Positions 12,759-24,954 of a DNA stretch of 64,000 bases are shown here, piece after piece. The notes beneath the pieces were generated by a model. The model searched no databases. It was not told where the DNA came from and saw only the letters and a program-made list of their open reading frames with translations. Position 1 is the stretch's first letter. Each line of letters starts with the position of its first letter. The stretch spans positions 50,964,001 through 51,028,000 of the forward strand of contig OZ024744.1 in the NCBI GenBank assembly GCA_964016885.1, in the 5' to 3' direction. The position numbers were made by a program, and so were the translations under genes. This DNA comes from Eledone cirrhosa (lineage: Eukaryota).

Positions 12759-13756
12759 GCTCATCGAGCTGCAGTCCTGAGTCAAGCAAAGATCCTGAGT
12801 CAAGCAAAGATCCTGAAAACTGGGCGACTGGCACACTGAGTGTGCCCAGGCGCTCAGGGCTCTCTGGCAAGCGGACCCGGCCATCGGTGGAGAATCCACC
12901 TCGTCATTATATAGAGGGCTAGTGGCTAGCAGGGGCGATGACACCCTTGGAGAGTCGCTGGACATGGAAGAGGAACTGGCCAGCCTGTTCGGTAGGACTT
13001 TCGGCCCGGGACCAATGGACAACTTCCAGAAGTCACTGGCCTGGCAGTGCTACCGGGGGGCTCTACCCGTTCGAGAAAAGATCTACAGACACGGGCGCCC
13101 GGGCAGGGATCCCTCGAAAAAGATTTGCCCTAGATGCGTGCGTCACGAAGAAACCGTTGCGCACGCATTGGTGCACTGTCCGGACGTGGTTGATCTGTGG
13201 GGCTACGCCGAACGACTGCTGTCGCGGGTGGCGCCGATTCGATTGACCGCCGAGTCCGTGGTAACAATCAAGCCGCCTCCCCTCTTCACAAAGGAAGCAA
13301 AGGCGGTTTTTCTATGCGTAATAGCCATGTTGAAAGAGGTTGTTTGGTGAACACGATTGAAAGGTCTGAGGTCAGGCAACTTCCTCTCTGGCCATAGTCT
13401 GGTCTACTTCTTCCGATATCACTTCGGAAGAAGGATAAGAATGGAGAGAGGTGCTTGGCCACAGGCAGTTTTATGAAAGGTGGGTGATAGTGGCGAGAAT
13501 GGCTCGTGTAAATGGGCCTTCTCTGTATACCATCCTGTAGGTAAAGAAGTGAAGGAGAGGGGAGCACCTTCTCCATGTGCTCCCCGGGCAAAGGATTGCA
13601 CACTTTTTCGGGGGTGTGTGCAACCCCCATCACGTCCCCTCCCTTTTGAGGTTGTTTTTGATTATTTTCATTTTATACCCTTTTTACTCGGTTTTATGTA
13701 ACCCCCCCCTTTGTATTTGTCCCCTCTTTTTATACCTTTATGGTAATTAAAGAAAT
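12759..13756 (+). mobile_element. 5'-truncated Tx1 LINE (family C), ORF2 C-terminus plus 3'UTR
   Basis: AWQCYRGALP and the CPRC..ETVAHALVHC zinc finger; distinct 3'UTR; followed by (TATC)n. Confidence 0.9.
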
Positions 13757-13757
13757 A

Positions 13758-13813
<56 letters not shown>

Positions 13814-13814
<1 letters not shown>

Positions 13815-15034
13815 CTTTGGAAGAGGCGGGCTCCTATGGTGAGGAGATCCATCTGCTGTCAACACCCTTCGAAAGGAGGGCTGGGGATGCCGTGGCTAAT
13901 GATGCGTAAACACGCATTAAGGCTACGGCACCTCTACGTATTCCTCACCGGTCAACCGGTGTGGGCCTCGTTTGTGAGACGAACCTTTCCCAGACTCGTC
14001 TCACTCACCGAGCTGCAATCCTGGGTCAAGCAAAGACCGAGAAAACTGGGCGCCTGGCACACTGAGTGTGCCCAGGCGCTCACCGCCCTCTGGCAGGCGG
14101 ATCCGGTTATCAGTGGAGACTCCACCGCAACATTCTATAGAGGGCTGGTACGCAGCAGGTGCGACGACGCCCTCGGAGAAGCCCTAGACATGGAGGAGGA
14201 CGAACTGGCCAGCCTGTTCGGTAGGACATTCAGCCCGGGACCTATGGACAACTTCCAGAAGTCCCTGGCCTGGCAGTGCTACCGAGGGGCTTTACCCGTT
14301 CGAGAAAGGCTCTACAGACACGGGCGTCCGGGTAGGGACCCCGCCAAAAAGATCTGTCCCAGATGCGTGTGCGACGAGGAAACCGTTGCACACACATTGG
14401 TACACTGCTCGGGCGTAGCCGATCTGTGGGGCTATGTCGAACAACTGCTGTCAAGGGTGGGACCAATCCGGTTGACCACCGAGTCTATTGTAATGATCAA
14501 GCCGCCTCCCCCCTTCAAAGATGAAGCAGAGGCGGTGTTTCTGTGCGTAATAGCCATGGCGAAAGAGGTTGTATGGTGGACGCGTCTGAAAGGACTGAGG
14601 TCAGGCACCTTTCTCTCTGGCCAACAACTGGTCCGTTTCTTCCGATATCATTTCGGAAGAAGGATCAGGATGGAGAGAGAGGTGCTCCACCCCAGTCGTT
14701 TTTATGAAAGGTGGGTGAAAGTGGCGAGAATGGCCCGTGTGAATGGGCCTTCTCTTTACATAAGCCTGTAGGCGGAAAAGAGGAAGGAACGAGGGAGCAC
14801 CCTCTCTCTGTGCTCCTGAGGAAAAGGGTTGCACACTTTTTTCGGGGGTGTGTGCGACCCCCCAAGGCGCCTCCTCTCTATTGAGGATTTTGTTATAAAT
14901 TTTATTTTTTGTTATATTTTATTTTATTTTTATATTTTGTTATTGCCTCCTCCTTATTGAGGACGCCTTTTTGTGTAAACTCCCCCCTTTGTACTTGTCC
15001 CACTTTTGATGCCCTGGTGGCAAATAAAAGAAAC
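13814..15034 (+). mobile_element. 5'-truncated Tx1 LINE (family D), ORF2 C-terminus open to 14771
   Basis: Starts immediately after (TATC)n and ends in (TATC)n; GGLGMP and zinc finger present. Confidence 0.93.
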
Positions 15035-15035
15035 A

Positions 15036-15086
<51 letters not shown>

Positions 15087-15087
<1 letters not shown>

Positions 15088-16865
15088 GCGCGGTCCATCC
15101 GACAGGGGTGCCCTCTCTCCTCCCTTCTGTATGTAATGACTCTAGAGCCACTGCTGCGGAAGTTGGAGTTGTTGCAGGGCATCCCGTTGGAACCGGGATT
15201 GCGGAAAGCGGTGTCAGCCTACGCCGATGACGTAACAGTAATGGTGTCGACGGCCTCGGAAATCAGGGCGATCGGCACCTTACTGGAGGAGTACGAAAGG
15301 TTTACAGGGGCTAAGCTGAACCGGGACAAGTCGATCGGTCTGCAACTCGGCACGTGGAGGGGCAGATCGATGCCCTCCGATGGCGTCGTCGGGCGCTGGA
15401 CGGAGGGCCCGGTGAAGTTGCTGGGGGTCTGGTTCGGACCAGACCTCCAGGTGGAGAAGAACTGGGGTGAGGTGACGAACAGGGTGTTTGCACTGACCCA
15501 GAAGTGGGCCGAGTGCAAACTGTCCCTGAAAGGACGGGCGGAGGTGGCGAACACTTATATAGCGTCCGTCATCTACTACCGCCTGACCGTTGTGCCTTGC
15601 CCAAGGGAAACGCTCGCCAAAATGGAGCGCGCACTCTTCCAATTCCTTTGGAAGAAGCGGGCTCCTATGGTGAGGAGATCCATCTGCTGTCAACACCCTT
15701 CGAAAGGAGGGCTGGGGATGCCGTGGCTAATGATACGTAAACACGCATTAAGGCTACGGCACCTTCAGGTATTCCTCTCCGGTCAACCGGTGTGGGCCCC
15801 GTTTCTGAGGCGAGCCTTTCCCAGACTCGTCTCACTCACCGAGCTGCAATCCTGGGTCAAGCAAAGACCGAGAAAACTGGGCGCCTGGAACACCGAGTGT
15901 GCCCAGGCACTCACGGCTCTCTGGCAGGCGGACCCGGCTGTCAGTGGAGAATCCACCTCGTCATTCTATAGAGGGCTGGTGGTTAGCAGGTGCGACGACG
16001 CCCTCGGAGAAGCCCTAGGCATGGAGGAAGACGAACTGGCCAACCTGTTCGGTAGGACATTCAGCCCGGGACCCATGGATAACTTCCAGAGGTCCCTGGC
16101 CTGGCAATGCTACAGAAGGGCTCTGCCCGTTCGAGAAAGGCTCTACAGACACGGGCGCCCGGGTAGGGACCCATCGAAAAAGATCTGTCCCAGATGCGTG
16201 TGCGACGAGGAAACCGTTGCACACGCATTGGTACACTGCTCGGGCATTGCCGATCTGTGGGGTTATGTCGAACAACTGCTGTCAAGGGTGGGACCAATCC
16301 GGTTGACCACCGAGTCTATTGTAACGATCAAGCCGCCTCCCCTCTTCAAAAACGAAGGAGAGGCGGTGTTTCTGTGCGTAATAGCCATGGCGAAAGAGGT
16401 TGTATGGTGGACGCGTCTGAAAGGACTGAGGTCAGACACCTTTCTCTCTGGCCAACAACTGGTCCGTTTCTTCCGATATCATTTCGGAAGAAGGATCAGG
16501 ATGGAGAGAGAGGTGCTGCACCCCAGCCGTTTCTATGAAAGATGGGTGAAAGTGGCGAGAATGGCCCGTGTGAATGGGCCTTCACTCTACATCAGACTAT
16601 AGGTGAGGAAGATGAAAGACCAAGGGAGCACCCCTTCTCTGTGCTCCTGAGGAGAAGGGTTGCACACTTTTTTCGGGGGTGTGTGCGACCCCCCAAGGCG
16701 CCTCCTCTCTATTGAGGACTTTGTTATAAATTTTATTTTTTGTTATATTTTATTTCATTTTTATATATTGTTATTGCCTCCTCCTTATTGAGGACGCCTT
16801 GTTTTGTAAACTCCCCCCATTGTACTTGTCCCACTTTTGATGCCCTGGTGGAAAATAAAAGAAAC
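15087..16865 (+). mobile_element. 5'-truncated Tx1 LINE (family D)
   Basis: Flanked by (TATC)n on both sides; near-identical 3' half to 13814-15034. Confidence 0.93.
15136..16602 (+). CDS. Tx1 ORF2 C-terminal part (RT YADD, thumb, zinc finger); truncated, not a full gene
   Basis: 488-aa open frame with AYADDVT, KLLGVWF, GGLGMP and CPRC..H..C. Confidence 0.85.
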   Translation: MTLEPLLRKLELLQGIPLEPGLRKAVSAYADDVTVMVSTASEIRAIGTLLEEYERFTGAKLNRDKSIGLQLGTWRGRSMPSDGVVGRWTEGPVKLLGVWFGPDLQVEKNWGEVTNRVFALTQKWAECKLSLKGRAEVANTYIASVIYYRLTVVPCPRETLAKMERALFQFLWKKRAPMVRRSICCQHPSKGGLGMPWLMIRKHALRLRHLQVFLSGQPVWAPFLRRAFPRLVSLTELQSWVKQRPRKLGAWNTECAQALTALWQADPAVSGESTSSFYRGLVVSRCDDALGEALGMEEDELANLFGRTFSPGPMDNFQRSLAWQCYRRALPVRERLYRHGRPGRDPSKKICPRCVCDEETVAHALVHCSGIADLWGYVEQLLSRVGPIRLTTESIVTIKPPPLFKNEGEAVFLCVIAMAKEVVWWTRLKGLRSDTFLSGQQLVRFFRYHFGRRIRMEREVLHPSRFYERWVKVARMARVNGPSLYIRL

Positions 16866-16866
16866 A

Positions 16867-16936
<70 letters not shown>

Positions 16937-16937
16937 A

Positions 16938-16971
<34 letters not shown>

Positions 16972-16984
16972 GTCTGTCTGTCTG

Positions 16985-17069
16985 TTTTTATGAGTAGACG
17001 TGTGACGGCTCGATGGTGAGTTTTTTAATTTTCTACGAAGTTCTGATAGGAAATTCTGATATTTGTAAA
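16985..17069 (+). mobile_element. 5' stub of a further Tx1 element, cut off at an (ATT)n/Dong junction
   Basis: AGACGTGTG..GGTGAGT has the same GACG-N15-GTRAG spacing as the Tx1 5' ends at 6122, 8566 and 48642. Confidence 0.55.
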
Positions 17070-17086
17070 TTATTATTATTATTATT

Positions 17087-19665
17087 ATTGTTCTTTGAGT
17101 CTCAGTCATTGATGTTAGTTAACTGGAAAGTTTGTTGAAATGAATATCAAGCCACTACCTGCACCCTCAGATATTCAGGACGTATCGGAGGGTTCTTGCT
17201 GTTCCCAGCAAGCATGCCTTTAGAAGTGTTCCAAAAATCGGGGCGGGGCCAATTTTCTTTAACCATCCTTGGAAGCTCTTTGAGATAGTACCTAGTGCGC
17301 CTATGACAATCGGGATCACTTTGACTTCATGGCAATTCCAAATCCTTTTTTCCTCCCACTTTAAGTCCTGGTATCGGTTAATTTTCTCCCTCTCCTTCTC
17401 TTGCACTCTCGTGTCGAATGGGCAGGCCACATCCACAATCAGGCACGATTTTTTTCCTTGTCCAAAACCACCAGGTCAGGTCTATTGTGTTCCAGTTTCT
17501 TGTCCGTCTGTATCCTAAAATCCCACAGCACCTTCACCTGATCGTTATCTATCACCGCCTCTGGCTTCTGCTCATACCACTTCTCAGAATGTGGTAAATT
17601 GTTTACTTTGCATAGGTGCCAGTGGATCACCCTGCCCATCACATCATGTCTCCAGCCCTTATAGTGAGTCTGGGCTAGGTGTTTACACTCGGATACAATG
17701 TGAGCCACAGTCTCCTCTCTCTCTCCACAGATCCTGCACAGTGGGCTAGCCTCCTCCTTGTAAATATGGTGTTTCAGCCACTTCGTTTTGAGGTCCTGTT
17801 CTTGCGCAGCCATTAGCTTTCCTTCTGTAGCCTTTTTAATGTCTCCTCTTCTCAACCAGTTCCATGTCTGTGGATCTCTGAATTCCGTTTTCTCAAAGAA
17901 GGTACTATGAAGGGATTTTTCATAAAGGTTGCTCTTTCTCCTTGATGTTATTTCCTCCTTGGACATCCCCTGGCCTATTGTCTCCTCCTTCAGTACAATT
18001 CTGAGCATTGGCTCCTTACTATCAGTCACGTATTTGTTTAGGTTGTTTTTCTCCATCTGAACACAGTCCTCTATGCTGATAAGACCTCTTCCACCCTCAG
18101 ATCTCCTTAGGTAGAGTCTATCGACATCACTCCTCTTGTGGAACATGTTGTAGATAGTCAATAGCTTCCTAGTCTTCCTATCCATTTCTTTTTGTTCAGC
18201 AACATTCCATCTCAGAATTCCCGCACTGTACCTAATAATTGTTTCTAGTTTAGGCACAAGGCCAGCAATTACTCAGTGCATTACTGGTACTTTATTTTAT
18301 CGACCCCGTAAGGATGAAAGGCAAAGTCAACCTCGGCAGGATTTGAACTCAGATCGTAAAGGGACGTAACTATGCTGGAAAGCATGGCGTCCGACCCTCT
18401 ACCGATACTGCCAATTCAACGCCCTGTACCTAATAATAGACACAGCTCGGGAATTTACTCCACTTATGGCATTCCTACTGTTCAAACGTGACTTTAATAC
18501 GCTCCTTACTCTCCGAATGTATTCAGATCTTATCAATTCCTTCATTTTTTTTGTTCTTGATGTCATCTGCCTCCAGAACACCTAAATACTTGTATCCTTC
18601 TTCAGTGTCAATTTCCTTTATCATCTCACCTGTTGGTACCTGGATTCCGTTGCTTCTGCTCAATTTACCCCTTTTCATCACAATGACTCCACACTTACTA
18701 ATACCAAATTGCATACATATATCATTGCTGAAAATACGGACAGTGTCAACAAGCACATCCAACTCCTTCTCACTCTTCCCGAAGAGCTTAAGATCGTCCA
18801 TGAAGAGGAGGTGATTGATGGTAATCTCTCCCTTTCCCAACTTGTATCCTGCTCTCACTTTTCGCAGTATAATGGTCAGGGGCATCTGGGCAAGGACAAA
18901 CAACAGAGGGGACAGACTATCTCCCTGGAAGATACCTCTCTTGATCTTCACGCCTCCCAAGGATTCTCCAGCTGATGTTAACTCTGTTTCCCAGGACTTC
19001 ATACTTTTGCCCAACAACTGCCTGATGTTATCTGCCACCTTGAAGATTTCTAGGCTTTTGGTGAACCAAGAATGAGGCACCATGTCAAATGCCTTTTTGT
19101 AGTCTATCCATCCCATGGCAAGACCAGAGTGTCTCCTCTTGCAATTCCTCATTACCATCTTATCAATAAGTAACTGGTCCTTTGTACCACGGGACTTCTT
19201 TCGGCATCCTTTCTGTTCGTCCGGTAACAAGTTGTTTGTGTGGAGGTGATGGTAGATTTCCTCAGACACAATGCTTGTCAACAGTTTCCACATTACGGAC
19301 AGACATGTGATAGGTCTATAGTTGGTAACATCATTACCCTTGGTTCGGTCTTTCATTACCAGAACTGTGGTACCTTTTGTCAACCACTCTGGTACCTCAC
19401 CTGACATCAAGCAGTCATTGAACATGGTTGTCAGTTTCGGGTGGAGGGATGTTATATTTTTAATCCAATACCCCTGCACACCATCTGGGCCTGGTGATTT
19501 CCAGTTGGTTAGTTTTTTGGCCTGCCCCTTAAGAGTTTCAACTGTGATACTCAAATCAGTTTGTTGGTGTGCCTGTTCACTAATCTCCTTTTGTACTGTC
19601 TCAATCCACACTGCCTGATCATTATGTTTAACATCCTGCTCCCATATTCCTCTCCAGAATGTCTT
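17087..19665 (-). mobile_element. R4/Dong-clade RLE non-LTR retrotransposon, 5'-truncated, interrupted by a SINE
   Basis: KSPGPDG, YRPITCL, DYKKAFD, FQGDSLSP, LFMDDLKL, YKYLG, CRIC..HIVSEC, RHD, NRPDL, DVACP, KYQ-like RYQDL; 3' end abuts (TAA)n. Confidence 0.93.
18240..18423 (-). mobile_element. Full-length tRNA-derived SINE (Nin/Deu-like core) with 14-bp target-site duplication
   Basis: A box TGGCAGTATCGG, B box GAGTTCAAATCC, core gcctttcatcctt.cggggtcgataaa..agtaccag. TSD ctgtacctaataat at 18226-18239 and 18424-18437. Confidence 0.92.
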
Positions 19666-19674
19666 TATTATTAT

Positions 19675-19930
19675 TATGTCTGTAAATTAAAGGTGGAAAA
19701 CTGGGAGAGGGCACTTGCCCTGGTGGTCAGGGCCACTGTGGTCTTTTAATGGGCTTTCTCCACAAATGTCCCTTGGAAGTCTCCCCCCTATTGGGGAATT
19801 TTTTCTTTGTTATTTTATTTCAACCTCTGTTTTTTTACACGCAGAAATGCCCATTTGTACCGTCCTGTATTGTCCTGTACTGTCCTTAATGTCTACTTTA
19901 TGTGAACCCTTGTGGTTAATAAAGAAAACA
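19675..19930 (+). mobile_element. 3'UTR-only copy of the (ATT)n-tailed Tx1 family B2
   Basis: Matches 42905-43170; flanked by short and long (ATT)n runs. Confidence 0.88.
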
Positions 19931-19965
19931 TTATTATTATTATTATTATTATTATTGTTATTGTT

Positions 19966-22158
19966 ATTCCTTGAATCTCAGTCATTGATGTTGGTTAACT
20001 GGAAAGTCCGTTGGATTGAATATCAAGCCACTACCTGCAGCCTCAGATATTCAGGAGGTATCGGAGGGTTCTTGCCGTTCCAAGCAAGCATGCCTTTTGA
20101 AGCGTTCCAAAAAGCGTGAAGGGGCCGATTTTCTTTAACCATCCCTGGAAACCTTTGGAGATAGTCCCCAGTGCGCCTATGACAATCGGGATCACTTTGA
20201 CTTCATGGCAGTTCCAAATCCTTTTCACCTCCCACTTTAGGTCCTGGTATCGGTTAATTTTCTCCCTCTCCTTCTCTTGCACTCTCGTGTCGAACGGGCA
20301 GGCCACATCCACAATCAGGCACGATCTTTTTTCTTTGTCCACAACCACCAGGTCAGGTCTATTGTGTTCCAGTTTTTTGTCCGTCTGTATCCTAAAATCC
20401 CACAGCACCTTCACCTGACTGTTCTCCATCACCGCCTCTGGCCTATGCTCATACCATTTCTCAGAATGTGGTAGATTGTTTACTTTGCACAGGTGCCAGT
20501 GGATCACCCTGCCCATCACATCGTGTCTCCAGCCCTTATAGTGGGTCTGGGCTAGGTGTTTACACTCGGACACAATGTGAGCCACAGTCTCCTCTCTCTC
20601 TCCAAAGATCCTGCACAGTGGGCTAGCCTCCTCCTTGTAGATATGGTGCTTCAACCACTTCGTTTTGAGGGCCTGCTCCTGCGCAGCCATTAGCATTCCT
20701 TCTGTAGCCTTTTTGAGGTCTCCTCTTCTCAACCAGTTCCTTGTCTGTGGATCTCTAAATTCAGTTTTCTCAAAGAAGGTACTATGAAGGGATTTTCCCT
20801 TAAGGCTGCTCTTCCTCCTTGATGTTATTTCCTCCTTGGGTATCCCCTGGCCTACTGTCCCCTCCTTCAGTACAGCTCTGAGCATTGGCTCCTTACTATA
20901 GGTCACGTATTTGTATAGGTTGTTTTTCTCCATCTGAACACATTCCTCTATGCTGATAAGACCTCTTCCACCCTCAGATCTCCTTAGGTAGAGTCTATCG
21001 ACATCACTCCTCTTGTGGAACATGTTGTAGATAGTCAATAGCTTCCTAGTCTTCCTATCCATTTCTTTTTGTTCAGCAACATTCCATCTCAGAATTCCCG
21101 CACTGTACCTAATAATAGACACAGCTCGGGAATTTACTGCGCTTATGGCATTTTTGCTGTTCAGATGTGACTTCAATACGCTCCTTACTCTCCGAATGTA
21201 TTCAGTTCTTAACAATTCCTTCATTTTTTTGTTCTTTATGCCATCAGCCTCCAGAACGCCCAAATACTTGTATCCTTCCTCAGAGTCAATTTCCTTTATC
21301 ATCTCACCTGTTGGTATCTGGATCCCGTTACTTCTGCTCAACCTACCCCTCCTCATCACAATGACTCCACATTTACCAATACCAAACTGCATACATATAT
21401 CACTGCTGAAAATACGGACAGTGTCAACAAGCACATCCAACTCCTTCTCACTTTTCCCGAAGAGCTTAAGATCGTCCATGAAGAGGAGGTGATTGATGGT
21501 AAGCTCTCCCCTTCCCAACTTGTATCCTGCTCTCACTTTTCGCAGCATAATGGTCAAGGGCATCAGGGCAAGGACAAACAACAGAGGGGACAGGCTATCT
21601 CCCTGGAAGATACCTCTCTTGATCTTCACGCTTCCCAAGGATACTCCAGTTGATGTCAACTCTGTCTCCCAGGACCCCATACTCCTGCCCAGCAACTGTC
21701 TGATGTTATCTGCCACCCTGAAGATCTCCAGGCTTTTGGTGATCCAGGAATGAGGCACCATGTCAAATGCCTTTCTGTAGTCTATCCATCCCATGGCAAG
21801 ATCAGTGTGTCTCCTCCTGCAATTCCCCATTACCATCTTATCAATAAGCAACTGGTCCTTTGTACCACGTGACTTCTTTCGGCATCCTTTCTGTTCGTCC
21901 GGCAACAAGTTGTTTGTGTGGAGGTGATGGTAGATTTCCTCAGACACAATGCTCGTCAACAGTTTCCACATTACGGGCAGACATGTGATAGGTCTATAGT
22001 TGGTAACATCATTACCCTTGATTCGGTCTTTCATTATCAGAACTGTGGTACCTTTTGTCAACCACTCTGGCACCTCACCCGACACCAAGCAGTCATTGAA
22101 CATGGCCGTCAGCTTCGGGTGGAGGGATGTTAAATGTTTAATCCAATACCCCTGCACA
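19966..22158 (-). mobile_element. R4/Dong-clade LINE, 5'-truncated, (TAA)n on both sides
   Basis: Same motifs as 17087-19665; (ATT)n at 19930-19965 and 22160-22247. Confidence 0.95.
20043..22157 (-). CDS. R4/Dong ORF: RT, zinc knuckle region and PD-(D/E)xK restriction-like endonuclease (N-terminally truncated)
   Basis: 704-aa uninterrupted frame; FMDD active site, RHD and RPD motifs; second Cys of the knuckle mutated (CRIF). Confidence 0.88.
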   Translation of the reverse strand: MQGYWIKHLTSLHPKLTAMFNDCLVSGEVPEWLTKGTTVLIMKDRIKGNDVTNYRPITCLPVMWKLLTSIVSEEIYHHLHTNNLLPDEQKGCRKKSRGTKDQLLIDKMVMGNCRRRHTDLAMGWIDYRKAFDMVPHSWITKSLEIFRVADNIRQLLGRSMGSWETELTSTGVSLGSVKIKRGIFQGDSLSPLLFVLALMPLTIMLRKVRAGYKLGRGELTINHLLFMDDLKLFGKSEKELDVLVDTVRIFSSDICMQFGIGKCGVIVMRRGRLSRSNGIQIPTGEMIKEIDSEEGYKYLGVLEADGIKNKKMKELLRTEYIRRVRSVLKSHLNSKNAISAVNSRAVSIIRYSAGILRWNVAEQKEMDRKTRKLLTIYNMFHKRSDVDRLYLRRSEGGRGLISIEECVQMEKNNLYKYVTYSKEPMLRAVLKEGTVGQGIPKEEITSRRKSSLKGKSLHSTFFEKTEFRDPQTRNWLRRGDLKKATEGMLMAAQEQALKTKWLKHHIYKEEASPLCRIFGEREETVAHIVSECKHLAQTHYKGWRHDVMGRVIHWHLCKVNNLPHSEKWYEHRPEAVMENSQVKVLWDFRIQTDKKLEHNRPDLVVVDKEKRSCLIVDVACPFDTRVQEKEREKINRYQDLKWEVKRIWNCHEVKVIPIVIGALGTISKGFQGWLKKIGPFTLFGTLQKACLLGTARTLRYLLNI

Positions 22159-22159
22159 A

Positions 22160-22245
<86 letters not shown>

Positions 22246-22248
<3 letters not shown>

Positions 22249-22505
22249 TTTGAGTCTCAGTCATTGATGTTTGTTAACTGGAAAGTTTGTTGAAATGAAT
22301 ATCAAGCCACTACCTGCAGCCTCAGATATTCAGGACGTATCGGAGGGTTCTTGCTGTTCCCAGCAAGCATGCCTTTTGAAGCGTTCCAAAAAGCGTGAAG
22401 GGGCCAATTTTCTTTAACCATCCCTGGAAACTTTTTGAGATAGTACCTAGTGCGCCTATGACAATCGGGATCACTTTGACTTCATGGCAGTTCCAAATCC
22501 TTTCT
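22246..22505 (-). mobile_element. Short 3' fragment of an R4/Dong element between two (ATT)n tracts
   Basis: RIWNCHEVKVIPIVIGALG..LQKACLLGTA plus the 3'UTR. Confidence 0.92.
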
Positions 22506-22510
22506 CCCGC

Positions 22511-22569
<59 letters not shown>

Positions 22570-23056
22570 TTATTATTATTATTATCATTATTATTATGAA
22601 AAAGTGTACTCAATTACTCAATACCGAAGTAGAGTTTAAAGATTCATTTATTATGACTAAGTAGTGAGCCTTGTTATCTTGGAATTGAACCTGCGCATTC
22701 ACAGGATCATCAGACTTAGCAATTAAGAAGTTTTTTTATTCTGTCCTTTTTAGTGATTGTGTTGTTCTAAACTATGGTTCCATGTATTTAGTCAGTAACC
22801 CCGTCTCTGTTTCATCAGTAATCTCTGGTATGAAACATATCATAAGCCAAACACACAGCAGTTCAGGCATTATGACATCATACTTTTCATGATGTCATTT
22901 TATGTACTAAAGTCACACCATCCATCTTAGTTCTATCGTTTTACTTCCACCTTATAGCTGTCCTCCATGTTTACCAGCTGTCCCAGAGAAATATATTTGT
23001 CATAGTCACCTGTTATCATAATATCATGGATGACCTTACTTGTTGCTTGGCTGTTC

Positions 23057-23802
<746 letters not shown>

Positions 23803-23812
23803 AAATATATAT

Positions 23813-24115
23813 AATGATTTCTTTATTAGCCACACAGGGCTCACATTAAAGAAACATTAAATACAGTACAGGACGATACAGTGTCGGTTTTTCTTTGTGT
23901 AAAATAAAATTACAACAGAGACTAAGAAAAATAAACATTTAAAACAAACATAACTTCTCCAAAGGTGACGTGACTCTAAGGGTCACTCGTGTAGAAATCC
24001 TACAAAAGCCACGGTAACCCTGTCCGCTAGGGCAAAGTGCCTTCTCCCAGTTGGCCTCCTACGATACAACAAGCACACGCTCAGGGCAGGCCCATTTACA
24101 CGGGCCATTCTTTCA
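23813..24115 (-). mobile_element. Diverged Tx1 3' end (last ORF2 codons plus 3'UTR)
   Basis: Reverse complement reads gaatggcccgtgtaaatgggcc...ccctgtgtggctaataaagaaatcatt. Confidence 0.8.
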
Positions 24116-24954
24116 AAGGCATTAAAATGTCTTTATGTAATGTATATTTAACATACACATACGCATATTTGTAGTTACAGGCGAAAGTTTTCTTAGAAGT
24201 TATAGTTTATTTATTTTGAAAAAAATATGATTTCTCCGTCGCTATTCGAAGTTTCTCGGTACGTGCAACAAAAAGATAAATGGAGGCTAACGGAACATCG
24301 TGTAGTGTGATTTTTATGGGTTAATAGCGGTCAGGTGGGAGACTGGAACATCCTTTAGTAGGAACAGTTTGTTCTAGTGGATAATTTCTTGTGACTTTGC
24401 AGTGGGTTACTACTATGATGGCGTGGAGGGAGCTATAACGGAACAAGGTTACCGTGTTTAGATTTGAAAATTACACTTATGGGTATGACAGTCAAATAAA
24501 CATTTTAGATTTCATATTCAACCATCCTGGTCGTTGAGTCAGAATATGCAATTTCTCGGATAGACGTAGAGATTATATTCTTCCAGAGGTTTAAGCGAGT
24601 GCTCTGTTCACGTTATTTCAAGTTATAAATCCGTTTTCAGTTCCACTGTACATTAATTTCCAGACAACTCAAGATATAGAGGTGAACTAGCTTTACCTTT
24701 GGTCTTAAATGAATGCTGGTTGTAGTTGATTTTAAATGTATTTTCAGTAAGTCCCGTATAGGTCCTCACAATATCACTGGTCAAGATAATTTCATATAAT
24801 TTCACTCTAGTGAGGCAAGATCATTCAAGTGGTCAATTATGGGCAGTTACGAAATTGCAAAGTAGCTGTTGATGTATGGAAGTCTGTGTGTGTATCTTAG
24901 ATTGTACATTCAACTCAGAGTAGTGATGTTATATTATACAGAAATAACATCCAT

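Noticed and set aside
14745-14775. ORF2 stop (ctgTAG|G) as an acceptor making ORF2 an intron
   Set aside because: Family B2 has TAA there and no spliced copy is seen in the window.
8471-16970. Repeat-spacer alternation resembling a CRISPR array
   Set aside because: Repeats are variable-length microsatellites, spacers are kb-scale LINEs, there are no cas genes and the DNA is eukaryotic.
22685-22720. Minus-strand CTGATGA plus a good stem (cctgtg/cgcagg)
   Set aside because: Lacks the GAAA core; at most a dead hammerhead remnant.
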